Notes: generated from the letters alone by a model not told the origin. Positions 13,290 to 29,170 are shown, counted from the stretch's first letter. The stretch is 64,000 bases of DNA from Neocallimastix sp. 'constans' (GCA_050613775.1 JBODTK010000013.1:868001-932000); one strand, 5' to 3'. Made by a program: numbers and translations.

Positions 13290-16200
13290 TCATGTAAAAA
13301 TAGATTAAAAAAAATGAAAAATGAAAATAAAAACAATTTTATATTAATACAAAGAAATAACTATAATAATTTATTTATTATTTTTACCATAATATTATTT
13401 TAAATATGTATATAAATAGTTAAAATAAAAAAAAATAATAATAATAAATTATAAAATATAAAATATAATATAAATATATAATTATATGATAAAAAAAATA
13501 ATATTTAATTTCATAATAAATTGGCAATAATTATTTTTATTTTTATAAACAAGCAAGCAAGCAAACAAACAAACAAACAAAACAAAACAAAAAAAAAAAA
13601 AAAAATCATAAACAGAAATAAAGAAAATAAAAAATTAAATATTTGTTTTTATTTTATTTATTTATTATTATTATATTATAATTATTATTATTATTATTAA
13701 TTTATGGGATAAAAAAAAAACATTCATTTAAATATATTAATATTATAATTAAATGAAAAATTCTTTTCATTTTTTAAATTAAAAATTAATAATAACTAAT
13801 TTTTAAATAAAAAAAATTACATGTATTTTTTATTTTATAATTAAATGTAAAAATTATTGTTATGATATATGATATACAATAATGATATGATATTAATATT
13901 TTACTATATTAATATTAATATTTTGGTCTTCTTTTACTAGTATTTATCTTTTTTTTATTAAAAAAAAGGGATTAGATAATCAACTTTAATTGATTTTTAT
14001 TTTAGAATAAAATAAAAAAAAAATTTTTTTTTGTGTTACATAATTTATATTTTTTATTTAACCGAAAAATCAAAAATCAAAAATCAAAAATAATAAAAAA
14101 AAAAAAAAAAAAGAAATTAAAAATATTAATATTCATTTTAAATTAAAAATAATAATGAACAAAAATATAAATCAAAGTATAATATTGAAAAAATCAAATT
14201 CCATTTTAAATAAATATTATTATAAAAATATATATATAAAGAATCTCTGATAAATATCGTTTTTACAAATGAATTAAAGTGCATTTTTAACTGTTTATGG
14301 TTAATTATTTTATTAAGGTCATAAAAATAACTATAATAAACTATAATTATAATAAAAGTTCAAAGATAACACACTTTCTAAGTTGAATATATATATATAT
14401 ATATATATATTTTTTTTAATAAAAATTTTTCTCATAAATATATAATATTTTTATACAGATTATAAAAAAAAATAAAGTGACCAGATATTAATATAATGAT
14501 AATATCTTAAATATAATAATATTATATAATGCGGTTCAATAGATTCTATCTTCATCTAATTAATAAAATTAAAATTTATATCTTAATATTTATACATCAT
14601 TTCTTTCTTTTTTTTTTTTTTTTAATATATCATTAACTCTATTTTCCATATTAATAAATTTATTTAATATATTATATATATTAAATAAATGAATATATAA
14701 ATAAATTTAATATATATTATAATATATGTGTTTGATTTAAAGCATTTATATTCATATTATTATAAAGATATTTTCTTTAAACCTACCATTGAATTCAAAC
14801 TTAAATTAATAATAAACTTTAGTATTCAATTTTTCCAAAGATTTTAGGCACTGAACCAATAATAAAGAGAAGAAGTGAAAAATGAAAATTAACTTTTTAT
14901 TTTATTTAATTTTGCTTTGTTTCATTTTTTTTTTTTTTGAAGTATCCAAATGATTGTTATGTGAATACTGTTAATTAGTTAATCAAATTTAAAATTAAAC
15001 TTTTATATTTTCATAAAGATGCTTTAGTGATAATTACTTTATTACCAATTTGATCTAAAAAATTTTTTAAAAAAAGTATAAAAAGACCATTTTGTAACTA
15101 ATGAAATGTAATAGTATATAAAACTAAATTAAGAATCCAATAAAATTTTTCATTTTAAACTTAAACACGTTTATTATTATTATAACCATCATAACCATTA
15201 TTTTAGTACTATTATTATTACCAATACTATTATTACTATTTATTAATATTAATAATATTATTTTTGATATTATTATTAATATCATTTTGTTAAGGGATAT
15301 TTATATCTAAAACTTGTACATCTACAAATTTTAATTATTGTTATATATAATACTAATTTCAATTAAAAAAAAAAAAAAGTCATTAAACTATAATATATCA
15401 TTATAAATATAAATCAATATAATTTATATTAAAATTTTATGTAGTAAGAAAAAGACCAAAATTATCAGAAAATAAAAAATTAATGATAAATATAATATAT
15501 AAATTATTTGATTTTAATTTATTATTTCATTAGAAAAAAATTAATAAAATAAAGTCATAAATTTATTACTAAAAAAAATAGTTGAATAAAAAGCATAAAA
15601 CTTTTTTCTTCTTTTTGAAGTAAATATATATAAGAACAAAAATATTAATTTTTTTTTTTTTTTTTTAATTTTTCTTTTCAATGAAATGTTTTTAAAAAAG
15701 AATAAATATTTATTAATATAACAGAATTTAAATAAAAAATAAAATTCAAAAAACTTATTATTAAAAAATTAGAAGAACAAAAAAAAAAAAAAAGTTTACT
15801 ATAATGAACAAATATTATTCTTGATAAATTATATATTGAATATTATTTCAATTGATATTAATAAATTTTAAAATATAATTGAATTTTTATCTTTATTATC
15901 CAATATACAATAGCCTTAATATTAGACTAGACTAATATATTATAATAAAATTTTGTAAATATATTGATTTCATATATAGATTTATATTCTATTTATGGTA
16001 TTTATTATAAATTATACAATTATATTATTAAATCATAGTTTTTATTATTTAAAAATTTTATTTGATATTTAAATGGTATAATTAATTTTAGTTTAATAAT
16101 TATAATTTTGTATATATTAAAAATATATATTAAAAGATAATTCTTTACAATATACTCTATTACATTAATAATATACAATATTTAAATAAAACATAATTCA

Positions 16201-16732
16201 TTGCTTTTATAATTTAATATAAATAATTAGAATTCAAAATAAATTATAGTATTAAAAAATGGTTCACTATATTTTGTATATTTGTATATTTTATAATATA
16301 TTATTTTATATTAGTTATATATTAATATTATATATTATGAAATATATATAATATAAAAAAATATATTGAAAATATAAATGAAAAATAAATGAAAAATTAC
16401 GAATTTTATCTTTAAATTGCGAATATAAAAGTAAAAATTGGGAATATTTTTTTAAAATTGCAAATATTAAATAATTAATCTTTTTTTTAATACAAAATCT
16501 AATAAAAAAAATTAAAGTTTATTTTTTTTTTACAAAGATAAAATATTATATTTAAAAGTAATATTATAATTAAAAGGTTAGTATAATTACTGGATAATAT
16601 TAATTTAATGAATATTTTATTTACAGGATGTTATTAAATATTAGGAATATAATAATTAAAAGATAATATTAAATTACAAATTAGATAATATTAGATATAT
16701 ATTATTGAGCATAATAATTAATACTCTCTCTC

Positions 16733-16767
<35 letters not shown>

Positions 16768-17210
16768 GAAAAATAATAAAAGAAAGGAAGGAAAAAGGTA
16801 AATATTATTAAAAAAAACAATATTTCTTTTTTTTTTTTTTTAAAAAAAAAAAAGATTTAAAAGAATTATATAATATATATTATACATAATATATTTATTA
16901 AAAATAATTAGAATATTTAATGGTAAGCTAATTTTTTTCATTATTTCAAGGTTATTTTTTATAAAGTTTTTTTTTTTTATAATTTCTTTTTATTCTTTTT
17001 AATTATTATTATTATTATTATTATTATTATTTTATTTATTTATAATTTTTTTCTTTTTTTTCTTCTTTTTTTCCTAATTTTTTTTTTTTTTTTTTTGTTA
17101 TCCATTTTAAAATAATTATTAATCAAATAATAAAAATTATAATTTTTTTTTTTTTCATTATTTTAAGAATAATATTTGGCATTAAATAAAACTTTTATCA
17201 CATAGTATAA

Positions 17211-17258
<48 letters not shown>

Positions 17259-17450
17259 AATAATATTATTTATATCTTTTTATTATTATTATTTTAATTA
17301 ATCTTTTTTATATAATATTATTAAAATATTCTTTAATAGAAAGTAGATAAATTTAATTTAAATTAAAAATATATCAAAAAAAAAAAAAAAAAAGAAAGAA
17401 AAAGAAAAAAAAAATATCTCAACGAAAAAGTATAAAAATATTATTACATA

Positions 17451-20400
17451 ATGCAAAACGAAAGTACTATTGTTGTGGATGAAAGAACTTCATTATTAAA
17501 TAATGATGAAGATAGTAGGAATTATAATACAATTGAACATCAATATGTCGTATGTGGAGGATATGAAAATAATAATTCCAGCAAAAATAAATTAATAAAG
17601 GTATTATGTGTATCAAGTTTATTTTTTTTAATTGAATTAACTGGTGGTTTAATATCTGGTTCTTTAGCTCTTCTTAGCGATAGTTTTCATTTATTATCAG
17701 GTAAATATATTACTTTTGTTAATGTTATAATATAAAAAAAAAATAATACTTCATAAAAATATAATCATACAATAAGATCTTATTAAATAATAATTAAATA
17801 GTAATGATCAATAAATATATTATTATTATTATTAATAAAAAATATAAAAAAATTCAAAAAGAAAAAAAATATTAAAAATGATATAATTATTAAAAATCAA
17901 ATAATATAATAATAATTAAGTATTAATATTTAAAAATCATTAAAGTATCATCCACAAATTTATTTTAATTAAATATTATTAAAAAATATTTAATAATTTT
18001 TTTTATTTTTAAAAAAATTTTAATTATAATAAAATAAAAATTTTTGAAAAATTAAATTATATCAATAATAATGAATAAAAATAATATATTATTCATTTTT
18101 ACAAATAAAAATTTTTAGATGTTATTGGATTTTTAATATCTTTAATAGCTGTAATAGTAGCACAAAGAAAACCAACTAAAAGTAAGTTTAAAAAAATTTT
18201 TTTTAATATTTAATATGTTAATTTAAGATATTTATTGTTAAGAATATTCAGTATTTAAATAAAAGTATTTTTAAAAATATATATATATATATTTTAATAT
18301 TATTAAAAGATTTTTTAAAAAAAATACATTAATTTTTTTTGATCGAAATATTTTATAAAATATATATAAATATTTTTTTATAAAAAATATTTATATAAAA
18401 GTATTTATTAAAAGTATTTTTTTGATCTAATATTAATTAAAATATTCAAAATATTTTTTAAAAAATAAAAATATTTTAATAATTAAAATATTCAAAATAT
18501 TTAAAAAAATTATGAGTATTTTTTTTTTTTTTTGATCTAAATATTTATATATTTTTAAAATTATTTTTACAAAATATATAAATATTTTATTGATAAAAAT
18601 ATTTGTACATTTTTTAAAAATATATAAATATGTTATTAATCAAAACATTACAAAAAATATATAGAAATACTTAATTGATCATAATATTCAAAATACTTTA
18701 AAAAATATATAAATTTTTATTTAATCAAAATAGTCAGAATGTATTAAAAAATATATACCAGTTTTATTAAAAAAAATTTTTTTTATCATAAAAATTAAAA
18801 TTATACTAATATTTTAAATATTTTTTTTGATTAATAAAATAATTAAGAAAATATAATTAATTAATAAAATTTTTTTTAGATATTTTAATTAATAATATAT
18901 AAAATTAAAAAAAATTTGATCAATTAATATTAAAATATTTATATATTTAAAATATTTTAAACATAAATATATTTTTATGATAAAAATTATGTTTATTGTA
19001 TACATATTTTTTTAATATTAATTAATAATATTTTAAATAATATATTAATAATATTTCTTTCGTTAATATACATATATACGTATATATTTTTTTATTAATT
19101 AATAATTTTCTTTATTTAATAATAAATATTTTTTTAATATTATTATAAAATTTTTCTTAATACATTATTTATATGTAATATTTATCTATATATAATTATG
19201 ATATAATAACATGCTATTAAATACATGATATATTTTAAATAATTCAAAAGAGTATTCTTTTGGCTATCATAGAGCAGAAATCATTGGTGCCCTTTTATCG
19301 TTAGCATTTATTTGGGTATTAACCATTGGTTTAGTTATTGGTGCTATTGATCGTTTAAGAAACCCGGTTGAAATTAATTCAAAAGTTATGTTGGGAACTT
19401 CCATAATTGGTGTATTTATCAATATTATTTTAGCCTTTACTTTACATACTCATGATCATGGCCATACTCATTCTCATTCTCATGGTCATGAACATGAACA
19501 TCATCATGAACATGAAAACGAACAAGCTAATAAACATGAAAATCATCACGAACATGAAAACGAACATGTTAATGAACATGAACATGAAGACAAACTTAAA
19601 CACGAAGATCATCATAAACATGAAAATAAAAATTTCAACCCACATAAACCTAATCAAAATGAAGCTAGTACTAGTGAAGATCATGGTGAAAGTACTGCTA
19701 CTGGTGGTGAAAGTCTAATTGAACATTATAAGAAGGTAAAATAAATATATATATATATAATATTATATAAAAATAAAATATATATATATATAATTCATTC
19801 ATTATAGGTTATAAATATTTATTAATATTTTATAAATAAATAAATTAAATATAGGAAAATATCAACGTTAAAGCTGCTATTATTCATATTCTTGGTGATT
19901 TAATTTCATCACTTGGTGTTGTTCTTGCTGCTACAATTATTTATTTTGATCCATCAAAAGTTTACATTGATCCTATTACAACATTCATTTTTTCTATTAT
20001 AGTTATTTTTACTACAGTTAATTTATTAAAACAAACTTTAAGTGTTATTATGGAATGTAAGTCATCATTATATTATTATAATTTATATATATATATATAT
20101 ATATTATATTTTATTGTTTAAGAAATAGGAAAAAAAAGTTTTTTTTTTTTTTTTGAATAAATAAATTTTTTTATAATAATTATATTTATTTTTATTATTT
20201 CATTTAAAATCTATATAGCAACTCCTGAACATATTGATTCAGATGAAGTAACTAAGGATATAAAAGAAATTAATGGTATTATCGATATTCATGATTTACA
20301 TATATGGAATATTACAATTGGAAAACCAGCTATTGCTGCTCATATTATGGTAAAGAATGAAGGATTAAATGTTGAAGAATATCAACGTATTCTAAATAAT

Positions 20401-20664
20401 GCTCAATATATTCTTTGTACAAAGTTTGGTATTCATCATACAACTCTTCAAATTGAATATTTAGATGATGAATCCGTGTACTTATTAGGAAGTGGAAGCG
20501 AAAAGGATTCACTTGGTTCAATAGAATATAAAGAATATGTGAGTAGTAGTGCTGCTACACCTTCTCATCAAGGTAGTCATGATGTTTTAATAGATGTTCA
20601 AACACCAACAGATAACTATCGTAATTACAGTGCCATTCATTGCAAATCTAAACTTTGTTGTTAA
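17451..20664 (+). CDS. Cation diffusion facilitator (SLC30/ZnT-type) zinc transporter, about 481 aa, 5 exons (17451-17700, 18119-18181, 19251-19735, 19855-20056, 20219-20664)
   Basis: Spliced product has SLALLSDSFHLLSD (HxxxD), YSFGYHRAEIIGALLS, a His-rich loop, NVKAAIIHILGD and IHDLHIWNIT. All four introns are GT-AG with matching phases. Confidence 0.95.
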
Positions 20665-21339
20665 AATAGAAATTTTGAAAAAAAAAAAAAAAAAAAAAAA
20701 GAACATTTTTTATTTCATTTTATTATATTATATTTTTACTTTTTTATTAATGTTTTTTATTAATATTATTTTATTTTATTTATAATAAAATATAAAATTA
20801 TTACAAAAAAAAAAAAAAAGAGATTTTAATTAATAAAATTAATTATTTTAATTAATGAATATTTAAGATTTAATATTGATATTAAATTAATATTTAAAAA
20901 TATATAAATACTTTATGATAATAAGAAAATCATTCGTTACTTAATTTATTTCATTTTTAATTATACAATTAAATATTTGTAATCTTATTTAAAAAAGAAA
21001 AATAATAATAATAATAATTATCATCATAAATAACTCATTAAAATAACTATATATAGTTAAATTAAAAATTAAAAAAAATATAAATTGACATATATCAATA
21101 ATTTAGTTTTTATTTAATCATTTTTAAATAAAAAAAAAAATAAAAATAAAAATAAATAAATAATAAATATTAATAAAGTAAATTTTTTTATACTTTTATT
21201 ATTGAAGAAGAAGGGAAAAAAAATTAAAGAAATTTAAATAAAATATTTTTAAAAATAAAAAAAAAAAAAAAAATAAAAAAAAATAGAAACTAACCAAATA
21301 TACGTTTATCTACAAAGATGTTAATAAAAAATAATTATA

Positions 21340-21379
<40 letters not shown>

Positions 21380-23209
21380 GTGTATTGCAAATTAATTCAT
21401 CTATTAAACACAAATAATATTAATTATTCTTCATCGAATGAAAAAATTAGAAAAATTAAATAATTAAGTTATTAATTTATTTTGTTCTAAGGGAAAGTTA
21501 TTACCAGATGATATTATATTTTTTATTAAAAAAATATCCTTGGTAAAAAAAATTAAAAAAAATAATAAAAAATAAATAAATAAATACACATAACTTTATT
21601 TTTTAATATTTTTTATAATTAAGGTATATTTCAATTAATTATATTGCAAATTTAAAGTTTTATATTAAAAATAGTAATATTTTACTTAATATGTAATTAA
21701 AATAGATTTGGACTTTTTTATTTATATAAATTATATATAATTATATATATATATATTTCTTGTATTAAAGTTTAATTTTTTTTTTTTTTTTTTTTAGTTA
21801 TTTAAAGTTTATGTAATAATTTAACCATAGTGGAATAAAACTACAATAGATTTAATAAATATCAACATAAAAAAATTAAAAAAAAAATCTATAAATTAGT
21901 ATCTTTTTCAAAGAGAATTTTATTATCCCCCAAAAAAACAAATGGATTATAAATTCTTTAGGTGAAAAAAAAAAAAAGAAAAAAAAACTATTAGTTTATT
22001 TGGGTTGAAAGAAATAAATAAACTTTGCTTTGTATACTATTTTATTATTATTATTATTATTATTATTATAATTTTAATTATTGGAAACAATAAATTATTT
22101 TATATTATTTATTGAAAATATTAAAAATACTACAAAATTAATTTGTACTTTGAAAAAGATACAGTGAAGAATATATTTTAAAGTATTAATTAATCTTAAA
22201 ACATATTAAAAAAAAAGTTGTAATCATCAATAAATATAATAATTAAAAATATTTTTTTTTTATTTTTTTTTAAAAAAAATATATATGTATATATATAATG
22301 AAATATAATATATATATATGATCTGAAATGCATTGGAATTATTATAGAGATAATTATGATTGGAATTTATAACTAAGAAAAGGACTCAAATCATATTTTT
22401 TTTTTCATGCTATCATAAATGGTATAACTATTATTTTAACTTTTATTTTTAATTCCTCTAAAAATTTTTAATTGAATAAAAAAAAAAGTGATCTTTATTA
22501 GTTACTATAAATATTTCCACTTTATATTATTTTTTATTTCTTATTAATGTTTTTTTTAAAAAAAAAAAAAAAAAAATTAAAAAATAAAAAAAAAATTATC
22601 CTTAATAAATAATAATAATAATCATAGTAATTATAATATATATATATATAATTTAATAATATTTTTATTAATTTTTTCTATTAATATATATATATATTCT
22701 TCAATCGATTTTTTTATTTTTTTTTTAAAAAAAAAATTAAAAATTTATAAAGTTTTATATTTAACTATGAATCTTTTTCGTTATTATTATTTTTTTTTTC
22801 TTAATTAAGGTTCTTTTATATATATATATATATTGTTACATTATTCATATATTACATTTTTTTTTTAAAGTTTTTTGTTTTTATTAATTTTATTTAAAAA
22901 AATCAAACCTAATATATATTTTATCCATGGATAACAATTGAAAATAATAATTATAATTATATATATGTACTATAAATTGCAGAATACACTGCCAATTTTT
23001 ATTTCACTAATTGTATCGAAAAATTATTAAATTTATTTAAAATATAAAAAAATATATATATATATTTTTTTTTTCATAACTTCTATTGTATTGTAATATT
23101 TTATTAAAAATATGTTTATAAATTCTAATGTAATTAATATTTAATCAAATTAAAAATATTTTAAAATTAATAGTTTCTATTTAAAAAAAAAAATAAAATT
23201 TTAATAAAA

Positions 23210-23243
<34 letters not shown>

Positions 23244-23535
23244 TTTTATATAAATATATGTAATATATATAAGATTAATAATAATAATAATACTAATAAT
23301 AATAAATATTTATAATGCTTATAAAAAAAAAAAAAAAAAGTTAATTATATTTTATGGGGTTCATTATTAATGGGAATAAAAAAAAATTTTTAAAATTGAA
23401 TTTAATAGAAACAATTTAACCTTATTATTATAAAGTATAGAATTAATTTACTTAATTTGTAAAAATATATATAAATATTTATATATATGTATATATAAAT
23501 ATAAATATATATATATATGTATTATATAAACATCA

Positions 23536-24072
23536 TTAAACTACGTTTCTTAATGGAATTGGCATTTTAGCATGATCTAATTTTTTTAAATATATATATA
23601 GTAAAAAAAATAATAATTAATAGATATAATTAATTAATAGTACTTTTTTTTAAATACATATATATATATATATATATATTTTTACCAATAGTAATTTCGG
23701 GTGCAATATAACTGGAATGAGTAATTGAAATTTTCTTATTATCTGGATCACCGGCATTGTTATGCTCAATAATATCGATGTACTCTTTTTCAATTTCATA
23801 TTTACTAGCACGGTAATATGGTGGTATTTCTTTTTGATTAAAGTTTTTATGAGTTACACTTTGTTTCTTCATCGAATGACATCTGAATTCCCTAAAAAAA
23901 AAAAAAAAAAAAAAAAAAATAAGAAAATACAATATAATATATAAATAGATAAAAATATAAAAACAAAAAATAGGGGGAAAATATATATATATTAATAAAA
24001 AAAAAATGGAATAATAAATAAATATATATATATATATTAATTTTTAATTATTGTCATAAATACTATTATTAC

Positions 24073-24103
<31 letters not shown>

Positions 24104-25386
24104 TTAAGCACTATTTCTAAAATTGTTGCTTCTTATTTTTATATTATTATTTGTATTATTTCTATAATTATTTACTATTTTTATAATATTATTTTTTCTT
24201 TTATACTTTTTTATGAAGATATATTATTAATTAATTAATTATTATTATTACTCTATTATTATTAAGTTTTTAAGTTATTAAGTTATTAATAATTATTATT
24301 ATAATTATTGATTATTATTAATTATTATTAATTATTATTAATTATTATTAATATTATTACTAATGTTATTATTTATAACTTTTATAATTATTATTAATTT
24401 TTATTATTATACATACTTTGGAAATAATTCATTCAGGGTGGTGTCAAAACTTTCCATATGAGAATAAGATTTAGCTCTTACTGGATGATCAACTTTTTGG
24501 TAATCTGTTTCATAACAGGAACGATAATATCTCGGTTTACTTTCATCATTATACACATCATCTTGGAAGAGATGATTATCAAATTTGGAATTTAGTGGTC
24601 GTCGTGGATTATATTTATATTTATCTGGATAATTAACATAATCCGTCTTTTTTTTTTTTTTTTTTTTTTTTATTTATTTATTTATTATAAATATATATAA
24701 ACATAAATATATATCATTATTCTTATTATTAGTATTAATATTGATATTATTACTATTATTATTATTGTTGTTGTTGTTGTTATAATAACTATTACTATTA
24801 TCTGTATCATCATAATTATCATTATTATTATTATTATTATTATTATCATTATTAATAACATTATCATTATAATTATAAATAGCATTATTAATATCACTAT
24901 TTTTATTATTTTTATTATTACTATTACTATTACTATTACTATTATTATTATTATTATTATTACTATTAATAATGAGTGTTCTATTTTTTATATAATTATT
25001 AACTATATATTTTAATTTAATAGATTTCTTAACTAGTAAAAAAAATATTTTTATTATTAAAATTTTTCTTATTACTATTTCTTATTTTTATACAATATAA
25101 TTATTTATTTATTTATTTATTTAATAAAAAAAATAAAAAGTATACTTTAGTTATAGATAATTTTGGATGATCATTATCTTGCTTATTATATGTTTTTAAA
25201 TATGGATTAGTATTATAGGTATCAGATTTGGCTTTCTTAAATCGATCTTTTTCATCTACTTTTGGAATTGTATAATCTTTTCTGGTTAAGGATTCCTTCA
25301 CTGGATCGAATTCCCATGATAAATTTAATAAATCTCCTGTTTCAATATCCTATTATTAAATTTTATATTATTTTATTTTATTTTAT

Positions 25387-25443
<57 letters not shown>

Positions 25444-26198
25444 TTATATATATAAAAGAAAAAAAAATATTATAATATAATAGATAATATATATTTATAA
25501 TTTGTTATTTATAGTTATAATAAAATAATTAAGATATTTTAGTATAATTTATCATTTGTATATTTTGTATATATAGTAAAAATATTTTTTATAATTATTT
25601 AATTATATATAGATATATAAAAATTTCAATATATATTTAATTAATTATAGATTATATTAATTACTTTTATGCCATCAAAGACTTTTCTATTATTATTAAA
25701 AACTTTAGTTCTTTCAGCTCTATCATTTCTAAAATCATATCGATGAGTCGTAGTGACGTCTTTGAATCCTTTAGGTCCTTCTATATCCAATTTAATATTA
25801 TCGATGGTATTAAACTTTGTTAGAATTTTTGAATTTTGATAGGATTCTTTTGTTTTATCATTTGATATTGCAAAAGAATCATTATATAATGTTTTATTAT
25901 CATTGGTATCATATCCAAGCTAATTTTTTTAATTTATTTATTATTTTATTTTTTTTTTATTTTTTTTTTTTTTATAATAATTTTTTTTTTTTTTAATTTA
26001 TTTTTTTATTTTTTTTTTAAAAAAAAAAAAAAAAAAAAAAGTTTAATTTTAGTATATTAGTAATTATAATATTAGTAATTTATAAATATAAAATTAATTT
26101 TAAAAAAAATTTGATTTACATTAAATTGGGCTTTATCTTGTTTTTCACACAATTTTTCCTTTTGATATTTATTATAAAATGGATAATCTTTTTTATTT

Positions 26199-26235
<37 letters not shown>

Positions 26236-28718
26236 AAGTTATTATTATATAATAATAATTAAATATATAAAATGTGATATAAGTAATTCATTTTAGTAAA
26301 TTATAATTATTTTAGAACTGATTAATTTTTTGTAATATAAATAATTCGTTTTTAATGAAGTAAAAATATTGTCTTATATAGATTAATTAAAATTTTAAAA
26401 TATAAATAATTCACTATAATTAATTAATATATATACGTATACTGATTTTTGTAAACATAATAATTCATTTGAATAAGTGACATATATTCTTATATCTAAA
26501 ATTACCATTTTTCATTGAAGATTTAAAAGGATTTTCATTATAATCAGGATCAGTAATAAAATGATATTTTAAATTACATGGAGTTACAATTTCACGTTTC
26601 ACAGGTAATGGTTTATAATTATCTTTAGATTCCGTAGTATACGGATTTAAATTTTCATAATTATAATCCTCTAATTTTATATGAGCTTTATTATTTCCTT
26701 TAACTAATTTTCCAAATGAATCACTATCATTATTATTATTCTTATACATTTTGAATTTTATTTTAATTTATTTTTATTTTTATTTTTTTTTTTTTTTATT
26801 GTTGTTATTTTTTTTTTTTTTTTTTTTGAAGTTTTGAAGTTTTGGAAATAAAATTGCATCAAATTATATTTAAATCATTATTTTTAAATATGTATTATTG
26901 GTAAATAATAATAGTTGTAATAATAGTAATAATATAAAATTATTAGATGAATAACTCATATATAGAACAATATTTTTTTTTTTTAATCTAATATATATTT
27001 TAATTTTCAATTTTATTTTCATTCTTACTTTTGCATAATAGTCAGTCTCATAAGTAGAACATTTTTTTATTTTTAATTCATCGTTATCTTTATAAACAAC
27101 TATATGGTTCTTTTTATATATATATATATATATAATTATTTGTTGATGTCGTTGTTGTTTATATGGAAATAAATATATTTAATAATAATTAAAAAACATT
27201 TAATTGAAATTAATATATTAAAATTGATAAAAATAATAAATATTTTTTTTTTATTTTTAATTAATCCATACATCATCAACATCATCTCGGATTTGATCTC
27301 TTTTCTATTTAGATAGTTAAAAGATGCAATTTTCATCAATTTAATATAAAACAATTTATATGAAAAAAATTAAAAATATATATATATAACTAGGTTAATA
27401 ACATTATCATACATATATATCATTTTAATATATTAACAATTTTTTTTTTTTTAGTAATATACGTAACTGAAAATGGTTTTTTAGTATAATCATGAGCCAT
27501 AGTACTTAAATAATGTTGTTTATACACTTCATCGGTATCATTATCAAGATGGGCTTTATTAAAACATCGACTGAGACCATCATCTTTTTCTTTTTCCCAT
27601 TTATTATTATTTTCATTATTATAATCGATTTCCTTATCTTTTTTATAATCTTGTAAAAAATCTATATGTGAAGCATTAAAATTACTCTTGACTAATTTTT
27701 TTTTTAAAAAAAAAAAAAAAGTATTTGAATTTGTATATTTTTTTTATATAAATAAATATATATAGTATATAAATTAGTAATTAGTATATATAGAACTCCA
27801 TGATAAACTTTTTTATTTTTTTTTTTTTTTCTCTTTTTTAATACTAATAATATTATCATATTATTGAATAATTATTTATATTATATTATTAGTATTATTA
27901 GTTTTAGTATTATTGTTATTACTTTACTAATGTTATTAAAATTATAATTATTCCAAAGTATTATTCCAAAATATTTTTTTTATGTTTTTTTTTTTTTTTT
28001 AATTTTTTTTTTTTAATAGTATATACCTTCTTTTGATAATTTATTATTTTCTCTCCTGTTATCATCACAGTTTTTTCTATTATAATCTTTTCTAAAAGTT
28101 GTACTGATAGTTTTATCATTCTCACCAATATCATAGTTTTTTAAAATACTTTCTATATATATATATATATTTTGTTTTGTTTCGTTTTTTTTGTTTCATA
28201 TTGTTTTTCAATTTTTATGTTTCGTTTTTGTTTTTCGTTTTTTTTTTTTTTTTTTTTTTTTTTGTTATATATTATTTAAAATCATTATAAACATATTCAA
28301 TATGTATATTTTTTAAGTAGGAATTAAATAGATAATATATATTTTTGTTAACATTATATAATAATAATTATTAAAAAATAAAAAAAAAAAAAAAAATTAG
28401 AATTAGTATTTCAATAATATATACTTTATTTTTTTATAATATGTATATAATTATTTTTTAATAATATTATGACTTTTCATTGTAATTTAATATTTATTTA
28501 TTAATAATAATTAATTTTCATTTTATATAAAAAAAAAAAAAAATGAATGAAAAAAGAAATTTACTTGAATATATCTCATATAATTCTTTATTATGTGGTT
28601 TTCCATACAGTTCCCATCTTTTTTTTATACGGTAGGGATCAGAATTATCATAAAATATATGATTTATAGCAGGTAACTCGTTCTCCTTAATATAATGAAG
28701 ATTTTGAAGATCCTCCAT
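23536..28718 (-). CDS. Mn-motif repeat protein, putative SAXO/TEX45-like axonemal microtubule inner protein, about 618 aa, 12 exons
   Basis: Exons 28718-28565, 28152-28027, 27691-27468, 27304-27272, 27109-27029, 26740-26506, 26187-26120, 25919-25665, 25349-25146, 24646-24417, 23891-23686 and 23576-23536 splice GT-AG into one open frame. The exon 3/4 boundary has an equivalent alternative shifted by 5 nt. About 12 S/T-x4-D/N/S-Y/F-type motifs recur. Confidence 0.8.
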
Positions 28719-29170
28719 CTTTAAATAAAAATATCAAATAATATATATAAAATAGATCTTCTTTTTTTTTTTCTTTATTTCAATTATGTACCATCTATTT
28801 AATTTATTCTATCTTAAAATGTTTATTTGTTCGTTTGTTTTATTTAATGAAAATAGGATAGTCTACTATTGTATTATTGTATTATTAATTTTTTTTTTTT
28901 TTTTTTTTTTAAACTTTTTTGTAAAATTTTCTGCTCTACTATGTTATTAATTAATTATTTTAATCATTTTTTTGTAATTAACTTTATTTTTCTTTATTGT
29001 TAAATAATAACAAAATAATAATAATAATAATTATAATAATTATAAATATAAAATTTCAACAATCGGTATTTTAATTATCATATTTTAATGATTCAATATA
29101 AAATAAAATTTATCATAAATTTTATACCTCGATATTTTTTTAAATCATATTTATTATGATTTATGAAAAT

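Noticed and set aside
14750..15120. Slightly GC-richer intergenic patch, possible pseudo-exon
   Set aside because: Stops in the frames examined and no identifiable family motif.
16737..16853. Poly(T)-poly(A) junction palindromes, also frequent elsewhere
   Set aside because: Ubiquitous by-product of homopolymer-rich DNA; not locus-specific.
18182..19250. Recurring TTTTTGATC/AAAATATTCAAAATA words in the long CDF intron
   Set aside because: No clear period or terminal repeats could be established; indistinguishable from AT-rich degenerate repeats without a dot-plot.
19442..19718. Met-rich ORFs on both strands
   Set aside because: Shadow frames of the CATGAA repeats encoding the CDF His loop.
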